Notes under the pieces: generated by a model
What the model saw: the letters and a program-made list of their open reading frames with translations, nothing else
Databases searched by the model: none
Told to the model about the DNA's origin: nothing
DNA from: Escherichia phage vB_EcoM_SA20RB
Strand: one strand, 5' to 3'
DNA length: 64,000 bases
Sequence record: OL960581
Position numbers and translations under genes: made by a program
Part shown: positions 53,201-61,641 of the stretch, one piece after another
How the letters are laid out: every line of letters begins with the position of its first letter
Position numbering within the stretch: the first letter of the stretch is position 1

Positions 53201-54010
53201 AATGGTGATTGGAATAGTAAACGTCCTTTTGCAATTAACTTAACAACCGGCGAAGTGCTAATGAATAACGGCATAGCTGTTCGCAGCGCTGCTTTATTCT
53301 ATAATAGTATAAATGTCAAAGATAACGGTTCTATTAACTTTGATAAGTCTGGTGCTAACCCAAGAAATATGAGAATATTTCATGCTGGCGATGCTTCTCG
53401 TGGTAACCGTATTGAAATTGCAGATGAAACTAACTATATTGCTTACTTTGAAAAAGCTCCAGGTGGAGCTAACCGCTTTGTAGTAAATAATGCTACTGTA
53501 GCTGGTGTTAATCAAATGAATTCATTTGGTATTAACATCAATAACGCACTTGGTGGAAATAGTATAGCATTTGGTGATAATGATACTGGAATTAAACAAT
53601 CCGGCGACGGACTTCTTGATATTATTACTAACGCCGCACGCCGAATGAGATTCCAGACGGGTGACACTTATTCTGACATGAATATAAATGCCCCAAACGT
53701 TTATATTCGTTCTGATATTCGTTTGAAATCTAATTTCAGACCTATTGAAAATGCTCTTGAAAAGGTTGAACAGCTTGATGGTTTAATCTATGATAAAGCT
53801 GACTATATAGGTGGTGAAATTGTTCAGACTGAAGCGGGTATTGTGGCTCAAACACTGCAAGACGTTTTACCAGAAGCAGTTCGTGAAGTTGAAGACATTA
53901 AGGGTAATAAAATACTCACTGTTTCTTCTCAATCCCAGATTGCTCTTCTAGTTGAAGCTGTGAAAACACTTTCTTCTCGTGTAAAAGAACTTGAATCTAA
54001 ACTTATGTAA
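50201..54010 (+). CDS. 37: long tail fibre distal subunit gp37 (T2-type, with a C-terminal intramolecular chaperone domain)
   Basis: 1269 aa (T4 1026); C-terminal 99 aa starts with SDIRLKSNF, typical of auto-cleaving chaperone domains; a mid-region segment is homologous to gp34. Confidence 0.9.
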   Translation: MATLKQIQFKRSKTAGARPAASVLAEGELAINLKDRTLFTKDDSGNIIDLSISTGGNISGNITQTGDYLQNGTYNLNGNQFVYAGKYIEFLPKTAGNGAWANQHKNKAPIFTDLSSTTSTSEYHPLIKQRYKDGTFSVGTLVNEGSFKIQYINESGDSKYWTFNRNGSFIVDNGSIEVRAGNISASGNINSATGFVSAPRVNTKNINLSSKTFIPNNDTGYDIVSLPTWIYNPPADGSDRDTNGLNYMRKMRASNTSSIFHEIVDCRSGKPQEISWWTGVGPSSFQWAFDTSGRITAGKSISVGLPDNGTNGRYPLESAISIGIAIGDNDTGIKWVRDGVYDLMANGISSATILNNGINSTKKLMVGYSRDSGSTWDFPNNNQAMFTARTDVDGNNNGDGQTHIGYSSNSKMYHYFRGTGRMSVSMGDGLLVEPGILDIKTGSNRVAIRADGTFDSTQRISMRTGLFLSGDDNTNALSFKAPTGVDGTKTINWDAGTRNGQNKNTVTIKAWGNSFNSNPGNRETVFEVSDSQGYYFYAQRTNPAPGQTVGPVNFKFNGTVETGHIIGLGNISASGTGSFGGNVTMSNGLFVQGGSSITGQVKIGGTADALRIWNAEYGAIFRRSESNLYIIPTPKGAGESGGISNLRPLIIELNTGTVKMSHDVHLGDSGSGTGLLQVSNSLKTIKMICPVTINERNAALTLDSPSSSSANYLQGSKAGTRSWYVGLGGAGNDLSLYSQSYGHGLVISDNFTSITKPLKVGNAQLGTDGNITNGSGNFANLNTTLNRKVNSGFITYGSTAGWYKFATVTMPQSTSTVFFKIVGGSGFNSGLFTQCNIAEIVLRTSNERPADLNAVLYTRTSGMYSAAFRNISVNNVSGNTYDIYVYAGTYCNQLVCEWSCTENATVSVIGINSSTQSPVDALPDTAVDGQVANVLNNLVDRGKVKRFEADSEIAINNQTGIRIRSNSDKTGSVATMLRNDGGSFYILFTDKNATDGAATVNGDWNSKRPFAINLTTGEVLMNNGIAVRSAALFYNSINVKDNGSINFDKSGANPRNMRIFHAGDASRGNRIEIADETNYIAYFEKAPGGANRFVVNNATVAGVNQMNSFGININNALGGNSIAFGDNDTGIKQSGDGLLDIITNAARRMRFQTGDTYSDMNINAPNVYIRSDIRLKSNFRPIENALEKVEQLDGLIYDKADYIGGEIVQTEAGIVAQTLQDVLPEAVREVEDIKGNKILTVSSQSQIALLVEAVKTLSSRVKELESKLM
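53711..54007 (+). other. gp37 C-terminal intramolecular chaperone / autoproteolysis domain
   Basis: Motif SDIRLKSNFRPIENALEKVEQLDGLIYDK followed by a helical tail; this family is removed from mature fibres in T2-type phages. Confidence 0.7.
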
Positions 54011-54011
54011 A

Positions 54012-54029
54012 AGAGGGCTTCGGCCCTCT
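54012..54029 (+). other. RNA hairpin AGAGGGC-TTCG-GCCCTCT between genes 37 and 38
   Basis: 7-bp stem with UUCG loop immediately before the gene 38 SD AAGGA. Confidence 0.5.
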
Positions 54030-54040
54030 AAGGATTTTTA

Positions 54041-54832
54041 ATGGCAATTGTAGGTGTTCCTGGCTGGATTGGTGAATCTGCCGTAAATGAAACTGGACAA
54101 CGCTGGATGGATGCTGCGATGAAAGCAGTTCGTGTTTCAGTTCCTGGTTGGATGAGCTCAATGGCTGGACAATCTAAAGAAGTATATTACAGTATTGGTG
54201 CTAGCAATTCTTATAATAAAGACACACTAATAAATTGGATAAAAGCCCAAGGAAGTACTCCTGTTGTTATTACAATTACAGGCAATATCGTTTCTTCATC
54301 GACAGGTCAACCATGCTTAGATTTTCCTAGCTCATTAACTAATGCATACGTTACCTTAAATATTAATAGCGGGGTTCATGTATTAGGTCGGGGAGGAAAT
54401 GGCGGAAGTAACTCTGCCGGTGGAGCAGGCGGAACTGCAATAAATAACGGAATTGGAACTCGTTTAAGAATAAACAATAATGGTATTATCGGTGGTGGTG
54501 GTGGCGGGGGCGCTGGTGCTAGATATCATCCTTTCCCCCAAATGGATATGATATTTGGTGGCGGCGGCGGTCGTCCATTTGGTGCAGCAGGTGCAGCAGG
54601 CGGCGGCGCAGCGGCAGCATCTGCCGCTACAATTTCTGCTCCTGGTAAAGGCACTGTTTCTGGGGTTCACCATGGAGGAGATGGTGGAGATTTGGGGGCT
54701 GCGGGCAAATCTTCATATATTCAAGGTGGTACTGGAGGAACTGTTCACTCGGGTGGCGCAGCAGGTAAAGCTGTTACTGGTAATGCTCCAACTTGGACTA
54801 AAGTTGGTACAATATATGGTGCAAGAGTATAA
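54041..54832 (+). CDS. 38: tail fibre tip adhesin gp38 (T2-type, glycine-rich motifs)
   Basis: 263 aa (T4 gp38 chaperone is 183 aa; T2 adhesin about 262); C-terminal half has poly-Gly blocks (GGGGGGG, GGGGG, GGG) separating variable segments. Confidence 0.85.
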   Translation: MAIVGVPGWIGESAVNETGQRWMDAAMKAVRVSVPGWMSSMAGQSKEVYYSIGASNSYNKDTLINWIKAQGSTPVVITITGNIVSSSTGQPCLDFPSSLTNAYVTLNINSGVHVLGRGGNGGSNSAGGAGGTAINNGIGTRLRINNNGIIGGGGGGGAGARYHPFPQMDMIFGGGGGRPFGAAGAAGGGAAAASAATISAPGKGTVSGVHHGGDGGDLGAAGKSSYIQGGTGGTVHSGGAAGKAVTGNAPTWTKVGTIYGARV

Positions 54833-54863
54833 TTTTGAATAAATATCCTTAAAAGGAGGGTCT

Positions 54864-55520
54864 ATGGCAGCACCTAGAATATCATTTTCGCCCTCTGATA
54901 TTCTGTTTGGTGTTCTAGATCGCTTGTTCAAAGATAACGCTACCGGGAAAGTTCTTGCTTCCCGGGTAGCTGTCGTAATTCTTTTGTTTATAATGGCGAT
55001 TGTTTGGTATAGGGGAGATAGTTTCTTTGAGTACTATAAGCAATCAAAGTATGAAACATACAGTGAAATTATTGAAAAGGAAAGAAATGCACGCTTTGAA
55101 TCTGTCGCCCTGGAACAACTCCAGATAGTTCATATATCATCTGAGGCAGACTTTAGTGCGGTGTATTCTTTCCGCCCTAAAAACTTAAACTATTTTGTTG
55201 ATATTATAGCATATGAAGGAAAATTACCTTCAACAATAAGTGAAAAATCACTTGGAGGATATCCTGTTGATAAAACTATGGATGAATATGCAGTTCATTT
55301 AAATGGACGTCATTATTATTCCAACTCAAAATTTGCTTTTTTACCAACCAAAAAGCCTACTCCCGAAATAAATTACATGTACAGTTGTCCATATTTCAAT
55401 TTGGATAATATCTATGCTGGAACAATAACCATGTACTGGTATAGAAATGATCATATAAGTAATGACCGCCTTGAATCAATATGTGCTCAGGCGGCCAGAA
55501 TATTAGGAAGGGCTAAATAA
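54864..55520 (+). CDS. t: holin T
   Basis: 218 aa as in T4; sequence recognised; single N-terminal TM. Confidence 0.95.
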   Translation: MAAPRISFSPSDILFGVLDRLFKDNATGKVLASRVAVVILLFIMAIVWYRGDSFFEYYKQSKYETYSEIIEKERNARFESVALEQLQIVHISSEADFSAVYSFRPKNLNYFVDIIAYEGKLPSTISEKSLGGYPVDKTMDEYAVHLNGRHYYSNSKFAFLPTKKPTPEINYMYSCPYFNLDNIYAGTITMYWYRNDHISNDRLESICAQAARILGRAK

Positions 55521-55793
55521 TTATTTGTTCGTATACATCTCTAGATATCGATATACACCCTCAAAACCCTCGTTGAATTCGTCGATGAGGGTTTTCTTAT
55601 CTTCTTGAGTTAATTCAGAAACAATTTTACGGAATGAATTCTGATTTAATTTTCTACCTTCATGCGTTACTCCAATCTCATTCAGAAATGCAATAAAATT
55701 AGCACGATTCTCAACAATATCTTCTCTGGAAAATTTAATCAAAATAGACGCAACAGTAATAATTTCACGAACTGTATCAATATTTTTATTCAT
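55521..55793 (-). CDS. asiA: anti-sigma-70 factor AsiA
   Basis: 90 aa as in T4; sequence recognised. Confidence 0.95.
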   Translation of the reverse strand: MNKNIDTVREIITVASILIKFSREDIVENRANFIAFLNEIGVTHEGRKLNQNSFRKIVSELTQEDKKTLIDEFNEGFEGVYRYLEMYTNK

Positions 55794-55805
55794 TAACTAT
55801 ACCAC

Positions 55806-55958
55806 TCAATTAGTTGACTTTATTATAATATCATCAGACGCTTGATTTGTAAACTGGTCTGTGTTATTTTCTTCAAAAATTTTTTCTACGAATTCCTTGA
55901 ACGACTCACGTTCCTGAGCTACATTATGCTCGATTACTTTTTCAAGATTATGACTCAT
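55806..55958 (-). CDS. small acidic hypothetical protein
   Basis: 50-aa ORF read by hand; its ATG overlaps the arn stop (ATGA); only a weak SD. Confidence 0.4.
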   Translation of the reverse strand: MSHNLEKVIEHNVAQERESFKEFVEKIFEENNTDQFTNQASDDIIIKSTN

Positions 55959-56233
55959 TCGAAATAATCTTCAATTTCATAATCAAGGACATAAATCATT
56001 ATAGTTTTTAATACATCATCAATACTTTTTCCTGGAGCTGGAATTACGTAAAAATATCCCGCCTTTGAGGTATCTTTATAAGTTCCAACCAAGAAATCAT
56101 TATTCTCGAGATGTAGTTCTTCAACTAATTCATTAACAATTGAGTGGTATAAATTTGGTAGAAACTTATATAGCTTTTCTAGAATATCAATTTTGATTGT
56201 GTATTGAACCACAGATTGAGAATCAATAATCAT
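55955..56233 (-). CDS. arn: Arn, anti-restriction inhibitor of McrBC
   Basis: 92 aa as in T4; position between asiA and motA. Confidence 0.8.
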   Translation of the reverse strand: MIIDSQSVVQYTIKIDILEKLYKFLPNLYHSIVNELVEELHLENNDFLVGTYKDTSKAGYFYVIPAPGKSIDDVLKTIMIYVLDYEIEDYFE

Positions 56234-56316
56234 AGACCTTCCCCTTATGTTTCTGTTTGCGATTAGATTCTTTAAACGCTTTCTTCTTATCCTTATGAAC
56301 AGAAGCTTTATTAAAA

Positions 56317-56535
56317 TTATGTTTTGCGACTAAATTGTTCATAGTGCTGAATTACCTCTCTCAAACATTTGCATGTGAATGAAAACTTTTTAGCTACACC
56401 ACATTCAAATATATGTTCTCTTAAATCACGTGTGTCAGTATATCCCATCTCAACAATAAAATGTCGTATTAGATTTTTATCTTTATCATTGAGAGAATTA
56501 AAATAATCGGATTTTGAATTAATTTCCCTGGCCAA
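56317..56535 (-). CDS. hypothetical Cys-containing protein
   Basis: 72-aa ORF. Confidence 0.5.
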   Translation of the reverse strand: MAREINSKSDYFNSLNDKDKNLIRHFIVEMGYTDTRDLREHIFECGVAKKFSFTCKCLREVIQHYEQFSRKT

Positions 56536-56815
56536 ATTGAATAACCTTTAGTTGACGTTTTAGTTCTTTTATCATTTCTTCGTTCATCGCAATATAAAGA
56601 TCGCGTAAAGCAGGTTTTAACATGTCATTTATTATAGAACTAAATGGACATACATAATCTTTTCCTACAAGCTTTTTAGTGAATTCCATATCGCAGAACT
56701 TAAATCCCGGTTCATTGGCATAAATTCCCCAATTAGTTGACATCATTTTATTAGCATATTCCAGTGCCTGGATTTGATTCATAATTCCATCAATTTGAAA
56801 CTTTTTAATATTCAT
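56519..56815 (-). CDS. hypothetical protein
   Basis: 98-aa ORF. Confidence 0.55.
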   Translation of the reverse strand: MNIKKFQIDGIMNQIQALEYANKMMSTNWGIYANEPGFKFCDMEFTKKLVGKDYVCPFSSIINDMLKPALRDLYIAMNEEMIKELKRQLKVIQFGQGN

Positions 56816-57276
56816 TAGTAAAGGTCCTCAGAGTAAAGTTCTTTTTCACTACCACCGCGTTCAATACGTACTTGTCCGGCGTAAGTTGCAATAATCATTG
56901 CTTCTTCACGTGTCCAATAATTACTATATTGGTCAATAAACCCTTGGTCATCATCACAAACTTGCTGAGTAACTAATTGAGGTTTAACTACATCTAAAAC
57001 TTCTGCCATATCTTTAGAATAATGACGAGCACCTGGAATAACAAGAGTTCGTCCATCTTTTAATTTAAAACGGTTGGCTGCGCAAACAATTCGTCGTTGA
57101 TACTTTTGGTTTTCGTCCCAATATGCGGTTTGCCAACAGATTTCAGGAACTTCTGCAAGAATATCTTCTTCTGTGCATTTATAACCATGTGCTTTAAATT
57201 TTTCAACAAGACTTTCTGGAGTTTCACGAGATAAAGGCACATTCAGCATTTTTAAACGATTAATAAATGGGTTCAT
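56815..57276 (-). CDS. hypothetical protein
   Basis: 153-aa ORF. Confidence 0.6.
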   Translation of the reverse strand: MNPFINRLKMLNVPLSRETPESLVEKFKAHGYKCTEEDILAEVPEICWQTAYWDENQKYQRRIVCAANRFKLKDGRTLVIPGARHYSKDMAEVLDVVKPQLVTQQVCDDDQGFIDQYSNYWTREEAMIIATYAGQVRIERGGSEKELYSEDLY

Positions 57277-57602
57277 TTAAACCATCCTTTAATACGCTGC
57301 CACAAAGTTTTCTGTTGAGCTTTGTTAACACCAATTGAGCGAATAACTGGTTGAGATTCCTGGAATTCTTTATAATCAGCAAGGTAAATTTCGTAAGCTG
57401 AATCCGTAAAGGAACTTATCGCTGCCATGAAATTATTGCGAATACCTACTGGAGCATCTTTACTTTCACGAATAATCATGTATTTACCAGTCTTAATCTT
57501 TACAATAGTTCCAAGATAAGCTCCGTGGTACCAGATGTCCCACCCCTCTTGAGTGGGTTCTGCACAACGACGAAGTTCATTGATAATTTCTAACTTGTTC
57601 AT
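57273..57602 (-). CDS. hypothetical protein
   Basis: 109-aa ORF. Confidence 0.55.
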   Translation of the reverse strand: MNKLEIINELRRCAEPTQEGWDIWYHGAYLGTIVKIKTGKYMIIRESKDAPVGIRNNFMAAISSFTDSAYEIYLADYKEFQESQPVIRSIGVNKAQQKTLWQRIKGWFK

Positions 57603-57612
57603 TATTTATTCC

Positions 57613-58248
57613 TCACAGTTCAGATGCTACGGTGATTACTGCTTCAATGTTTTCTGCCGAGCGTTTAATGTCAAGATACACATTACCGTTTTTAGCGATT
57701 TTACATGACATTCCGATATCAGTAAATTTCTGAATATGGTGTTCCATCATTTTGTATCCAAAAATTCGCATATTTCCATTGTTATTAATTTCAAAATTGC
57801 GAATTCCGTGAGTGCGTTTTTCTAAAATAGCAAGATAGTTACTGCGGTAAGTTTCAACCTTTTTAAGAACAAATCCATTTTCATCTAAAAGTTTTAACAT
57901 GAAGTCTTTATCTTCTTCCATATCGGAAGTAATCTCACGAGCTTTACGAGTTGCTCGTTTTTTCAGCAGTTCAGGAGCGTTTTCCTGTGCGTATAAAGTT
58001 GCTGCATTTGAAATAATATCCTGAGCTTCACCCGTAATGATTAATCCATCACCAGATTTCTCTACCAGGCCTTTTTTAATCAATACACCAATATTACTAT
58101 TAACTACTGCATTACCTAAATCTGGATGCACCTCACGAACTTCTGCAGCTGTAATGAAATCTTTCTTAGCAATGGTAATTAAAATCGCAGCAGTTTTTTC
58201 ATTCAGAACATCGTTAGAAGCTTTGATGATGTAAGTTACTTTAGACAT
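57613..58248 (-). CDS. motA: MotA middle-transcription activator
   Basis: 211 aa as in T4; sequence recognised. Confidence 0.95.
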   Translation of the reverse strand: MSKVTYIIKASNDVLNEKTAAILITIAKKDFITAAEVREVHPDLGNAVVNSNIGVLIKKGLVEKSGDGLIITGEAQDIISNAATLYAQENAPELLKKRATRKAREITSDMEEDKDFMLKLLDENGFVLKKVETYRSNYLAILEKRTHGIRNFEINNNGNMRIFGYKMMEHHIQKFTDIGMSCKIAKNGNVYLDIKRSAENIEAVITVASEL

Positions 58249-58289
58249 TTTCTAATCTCCGTAATTCTGTATCAGTAGTTGATAGTTGT

Positions 58290-58319
58290 ATAGTACCACA
58301 GTATGCTTTGGTTGTAAAC
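58290..58319 (-). promoter_or_regulatory. T4-type early promoter for motA
   Basis: Minus strand reads GTTTACA, 17 nt, TACTAT, preceded by an AT-rich UP-like element. Confidence 0.65.
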
Positions 58320-58340
58320 CGTTTTGTGAAAAAATTTTTG

Positions 58341-58369
58341 AAATAAAAAGGGAGAGCCTCGGCTCTCCC
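58341..58369 (-). terminator. terminator hairpin GGGAGAGC-CTCG-GCTCTCCC
   Basis: 8-bp stem followed on the minus strand by TTTTTATTTC. Confidence 0.7.
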
Positions 58370-58374
58370 TAAAA

Positions 58375-58524
58375 TTACTGCATGACTGTGATAACTGTCA
58401 TGATAACACGTTGAATTCCGAATGCAAGAAGACCTCCTGCTACGGCTGGAACAACACCTAACCCCGCCAGTAAAATGCCACCAGATACTAATGCAGCGCT
58501 TGTAATACCAATGAATGGACTCAT
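58375..58524 (-). CDS. small hydrophobic membrane protein
   Basis: 49-aa ORF read by hand (MSPFIGITSAALVSGGILLAGLGVVPAVAGGLLAFGIQRVIMTVITVMQ); SD GAGGAAA; ATG overlaps the gene 52 stop. Confidence 0.55.
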   Translation of the reverse strand: MSPFIGITSAALVSGGILLAGLGVVPAVAGGLLAFGIQRVIMTVITVMQ

Positions 58525-59849
58525 TTGATTTCCTCTAAATCTTTGGTGTATTCAGTAACTACATCAGTAGTTTTCCAATATTCGTTTTCTTCTTTTTTGG
58601 CTTTAGCTTCTTCAGCAAGTTTCTTCGCTTCATCGGAAGTCATATGAAAAATATTCATTCCGACTAGTTTATCAACATAAGAAGAATACATCTCAATTTT
58701 AGAAAGTTCTTCGGTCAGTTCTTTACGAGTTTTACCCTGCACAACAATTTCACCTGAAATTACTTTCTTAATGAAATGTGCCTTGGCAAAGGCTAAACGA
58801 AATGCTGATTCAGTTTCTTTGATTTTGTTATCAATTCGTTTTTGGACATAAGTTTTACGAACTTCAACGAAGTCTTTAATTAAATCAACTACGTTATCGT
58901 AAACTTGTAACTTTCCTTTCTCGTTGATGATTGTAATATTTTGGGAACGACGCTCAATCAACCCGAAGTCTTTCATGATTTTTGCATGGCGTTCTTCTTC
59001 GTTATCGCTCAAAGAATATTCTTTGCGGAATTTAACTTTAAAGCCAAAACCATGCTCACCGCAAGCATCATCCCACGTAATGAAGCCTTTATCTTCAAGC
59101 GGGTCTAAGATTTTACTCACATAAGTTTCACGATCATACTTATACGGAATCTCAGTGATATGCATTTGAGTTCGTGAAGTAAACTTGTACGTTCCACGAA
59201 TTTCATATTGACCGTCAATTTCAACGACTTCACCGCGAAATTCTGGGAATTCTACCTTCGGTTTAGTTACTTTCTTTCCTTGAAGAGCTTGCAATACAGC
59301 TTTCTTGACAGAAGAAACACTATGAGGAAGAATGTAAGTTGCATAACCAGTTGCAATACCGGAAACACCATTAAGAAGAACAGTAGGAATAATAGGCAAA
59401 TAGAAAGCAGGCGGAATGTGTTCTTTATCTTGATGTACCGGAGCATATTCAGTATCTTTATATACGTTATAGAAATTTTTACTTACACGAGCAAAAATAT
59501 AACGACTTGCTGCTGCTTTTTGGACGGTACGAGAACCAAAGTTTCCTTGACCATCTAACAGAGGGAAGTTATTATTCCAAGTATTAGCCATCAAAGCCCC
59601 CGCATCTTGTGCAGAGTTTTCACCATGATGATATCCAAGGTCAGCTACACCACCTGCAATAGAAGCAAGTTTGTGAAACTTATCTTTATTTCCTCGCGCC
59701 AAATCAAGAGCTCGAGCAATAACAAATCGTTGAACTGGCTTAAATCCATCAATCATATTTGGAATAGCACGATTTTCAACCGTGTACATAGCATAAGCCA
59801 ATGCTTCATTATCAATGATACTTTTTAAATCGCGATTATTCAGTTGCAT
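58521..59849 (-). CDS. 52: DNA topoisomerase II medium subunit gp52
   Basis: 442 aa as in T4; GyrA-like N-terminal region. Confidence 0.95.
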   Translation of the reverse strand: MQLNNRDLKSIIDNEALAYAMYTVENRAIPNMIDGFKPVQRFVIARALDLARGNKDKFHKLASIAGGVADLGYHHGENSAQDAGALMANTWNNNFPLLDGQGNFGSRTVQKAAASRYIFARVSKNFYNVYKDTEYAPVHQDKEHIPPAFYLPIIPTVLLNGVSGIATGYATYILPHSVSSVKKAVLQALQGKKVTKPKVEFPEFRGEVVEIDGQYEIRGTYKFTSRTQMHITEIPYKYDRETYVSKILDPLEDKGFITWDDACGEHGFGFKVKFRKEYSLSDNEEERHAKIMKDFGLIERRSQNITIINEKGKLQVYDNVVDLIKDFVEVRKTYVQKRIDNKIKETESAFRLAFAKAHFIKKVISGEIVVQGKTRKELTEELSKIEMYSSYVDKLVGMNIFHMTSDEAKKLAEEAKAKKEENEYWKTTDVVTEYTKDLEEIK

Positions 59850-59986
59850 AAATTTACCATACTAGTGAATGTAGTGCCATAATAACATCAGAAATGAAAA
59901 GCACGACTTGAATTAATCCGAACATTACTCCATAATATAGTGCTACTAATAAAGTAGCAAGGGCTAATGAATAGCCCAAGATTTTC

Positions 59987-60145
59987 TTAATCATTAGTAG
60001 ATAACAACACAAATGTTAAATATGCACACATACCCTGGGCTAAAGCTTGCGAAAACACGCTGCTGGCATCAATACAGATAGTTAAAACACATGCTACTAT
60101 CCAACAAATAAATGAAATAACTCCTAATAATTTTGCGATATTCAT
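59987..60145 (-). CDS. small membrane protein, possibly Ac (acriflavine-sensitivity protein)
   Basis: 51-aa hydrophobic ORF read by hand (MNIAKLLGVISFICWIVACVLTICIDASSVFSQALAQGMCAYLTFVLLSTND); strong SD GAGGAAAA; sits between stp and 52; the ac identity is from recalled T4 gene order only. Confidence 0.5.
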   Translation of the reverse strand: MNIAKLLGVISFICWIVACVLTICIDASSVFSQALAQGMCAYLTFVLLSTND

Positions 60146-60155
60146 ATTTTCCTCA

Positions 60156-60233
60156 CTAGCGTCCGAAGATGCCTTTAGTTTTAAGATTGTTACGATAGAA
60201 CTGCATTACATGTTCGTTATGAAAATTACTCAT
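60156..60233 (-). CDS. stp: Stp peptide (suppressor of pseT; modulator of the host PrrC anticodon nuclease)
   Basis: 25-aa [28 protein letters not shown], matching T4 Stp as recalled (26 aa); ATG overlaps the ndd stop. Confidence 0.8.
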   Translation of the reverse strand: MSNFHNEHVMQFYRNNLKTKGIFGR

Positions 60234-60688
60234 TAGTATGCCTGCAAAACAAATTTAAAGTTATCAGCCAACATACGGTTCATTTCTTCAAGTGTTTGAT
60301 ACTCAGAATGATGATTACGAGTAAACGCCAAAGCTAACTGACCTTTTCCAAATCCCGTCGTCAGAGGTTTCATCTTAGAAGCAGGTAGATAAAATACCGT
60401 GTATGGAACATTGTTATTTGCAATAGTACGCGCGAGCTGAGACCGACGTTGACGAATATGACTTAGAACTGCACTAAATCCTTGCTTAGAACGCTGATTA
60501 CCTACATAAAATCGCGCAGATACGCACGGACTATCAAATGGACCACCAAATTTGCTCACTAAAAAGTAAAATCCAGGGTTAGATAAAATGTCTTTATGCG
60601 GAGTTCCAAAAACCCATTCACCGCCCTTGATTGTACCAATAACAGTTGCGCCTGCATTATTCAGATCAGTAACAGTCATGTATTTCAT
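60233..60688 (-). CDS. ndd: nucleoid disruption protein Ndd
   Basis: 151 aa from MKYMTVTDL, preceded by SD GAGGAAA; the ORF track extends 16 codons upstream. Confidence 0.85.
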   Translation of the reverse strand: MKYMTVTDLNNAGATVIGTIKGGEWVFGTPHKDILSNPGFYFLVSKFGGPFDSPCVSARFYVGNQRSKQGFSAVLSHIRQRRSQLARTIANNNVPYTVFYLPASKMKPLTTGFGKGQLALAFTRNHHSEYQTLEEMNRMLADNFKFVLQAY

Positions 60689-60748
60689 ATTGATTTCCTC
60701 TAAATTATTTTCTACTCCAAGGCCGCATGAATACACACGGCCAATAAA

Positions 60749-60964
60749 TTAATCGTCGCAGTCGACGCTCAATTCCCAGAACTCTTCTACGGTATAAGTT
60801 TCAGTATCATTTTCAATACAGAAACGTTCATTACTGTTATTTGCTAAAGTAGCGTTAACTGTCATTTTCTCGCTAGTGCTCTTAAGAGGAGAAATACGAA
60901 TTAACTGATCACCATTATCTAAACAGAAAATTTCACCAACTTTTACATCTTTAAAAATTTTCAT
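60749..60964 (-). CDS. hypothetical protein
   Basis: 71-aa ORF. Confidence 0.5.
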   Translation of the reverse strand: MKIFKDVKVGEIFCLDNGDQLIRISPLKSTSEKMTVNATLANNSNERFCIENDTETYTVEEFWELSVDCDD

Positions 60965-61079
60965 AATTCACCTCAAGGAGTATAAAATCCAAATGCAGTT
61001 GTTGACCATCCCATCCAATATGGGATATTTGCGCCAATGTAAAATACAAGAATATAAAACCAAATGCTTAGTAAATTCA

Positions 61080-61298
61080 TTATTTTACACCATTCCAAAT
61101 TGTTTCAACCACAGATTTCAAACCATTTTGGTGAATATCCATTCCGACAACTGCCATCAAATAAATTCCAACTACAACTGAACCCAAGGCGAAAATCAGC
61201 ATGAAAATGAATAAAGCCGGAAAAATATTATCGAAAAACCATTCAATAAATGTAAAAGCACTGCGTTTACGCTTCATATTTTCCTCACATAAATCCAA
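61080..61298 (-). CDS. small membrane protein (start may be the internal MKRKR Met)
   Basis: 72-aa ORF with one strongly hydrophobic segment. Confidence 0.5.
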   Translation of the reverse strand: MDLCEENMKRKRSAFTFIEWFFDNIFPALFIFMLIFALGSVVVGIYLMAVVGMDIHQNGLKSVVETIWNGVK

Positions 61299-61398
61299 AG
61301 TAAGCGTTTAATATATCAATCATTAAAACGATTGGGAATATACTCAAAACTACTAGTATTATAACTACATTCCATATAGCTTTAACAATCTTTTTCAT
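61285..61398 (-). CDS. small membrane protein
   Basis: 37-aa form MKKIVKAIWNVVIILVVLSIFPIVLMIDILNAYFGFM with SD GGAGG; the 82-aa track ORF would run through the early promoter upstream. Confidence 0.45.
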   Translation of the reverse strand: MKKIVKAIWNVVIILVVLSIFPIVLMIDILNAYFGFM

Positions 61399-61426
61399 TT
61401 TCTGTTCCTCCGTAGTTGATAGGATA

Positions 61427-61456
61427 ATAATACCACAGAGGAACAGTCTTGTAAAC
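61427..61456 (-). promoter_or_regulatory. T4-type early promoter
   Basis: Minus strand reads GTTTACA, 17 nt, TATTAT. Confidence 0.55.
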
Positions 61457-61641
61457 AACTTTTTTAAAAATATTCGTAATAAATGTGAATACCAACTACT
61501 ACCGCTGAAACTTGTGCAACCCACCACGCACAAGCAATAAGTACAGAATTCAAAATTTTCATAATAACCTCATCACAAAAGTAAATGTTAAACAAATTAA
61601 TGGAATACTAATTAACCAAACGAAACACCACCATAATGAAC

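Noticed and set aside
54555-54842. 95-aa plus-strand ORF and 69-aa minus-strand ORF (54464-54673) overlapping gene 38
   Set aside because: Products of the GC-rich Gly/Ala codon repeats of gp38 read in other frames (poly-Q/A/L or Cys-rich, low complexity); no initiation signals.
54833-54863. Possible late promoter for holin t (GAATAAATA)
   Set aside because: Matches only 7 of 8 positions of TATAAATA; not reported as a feature.
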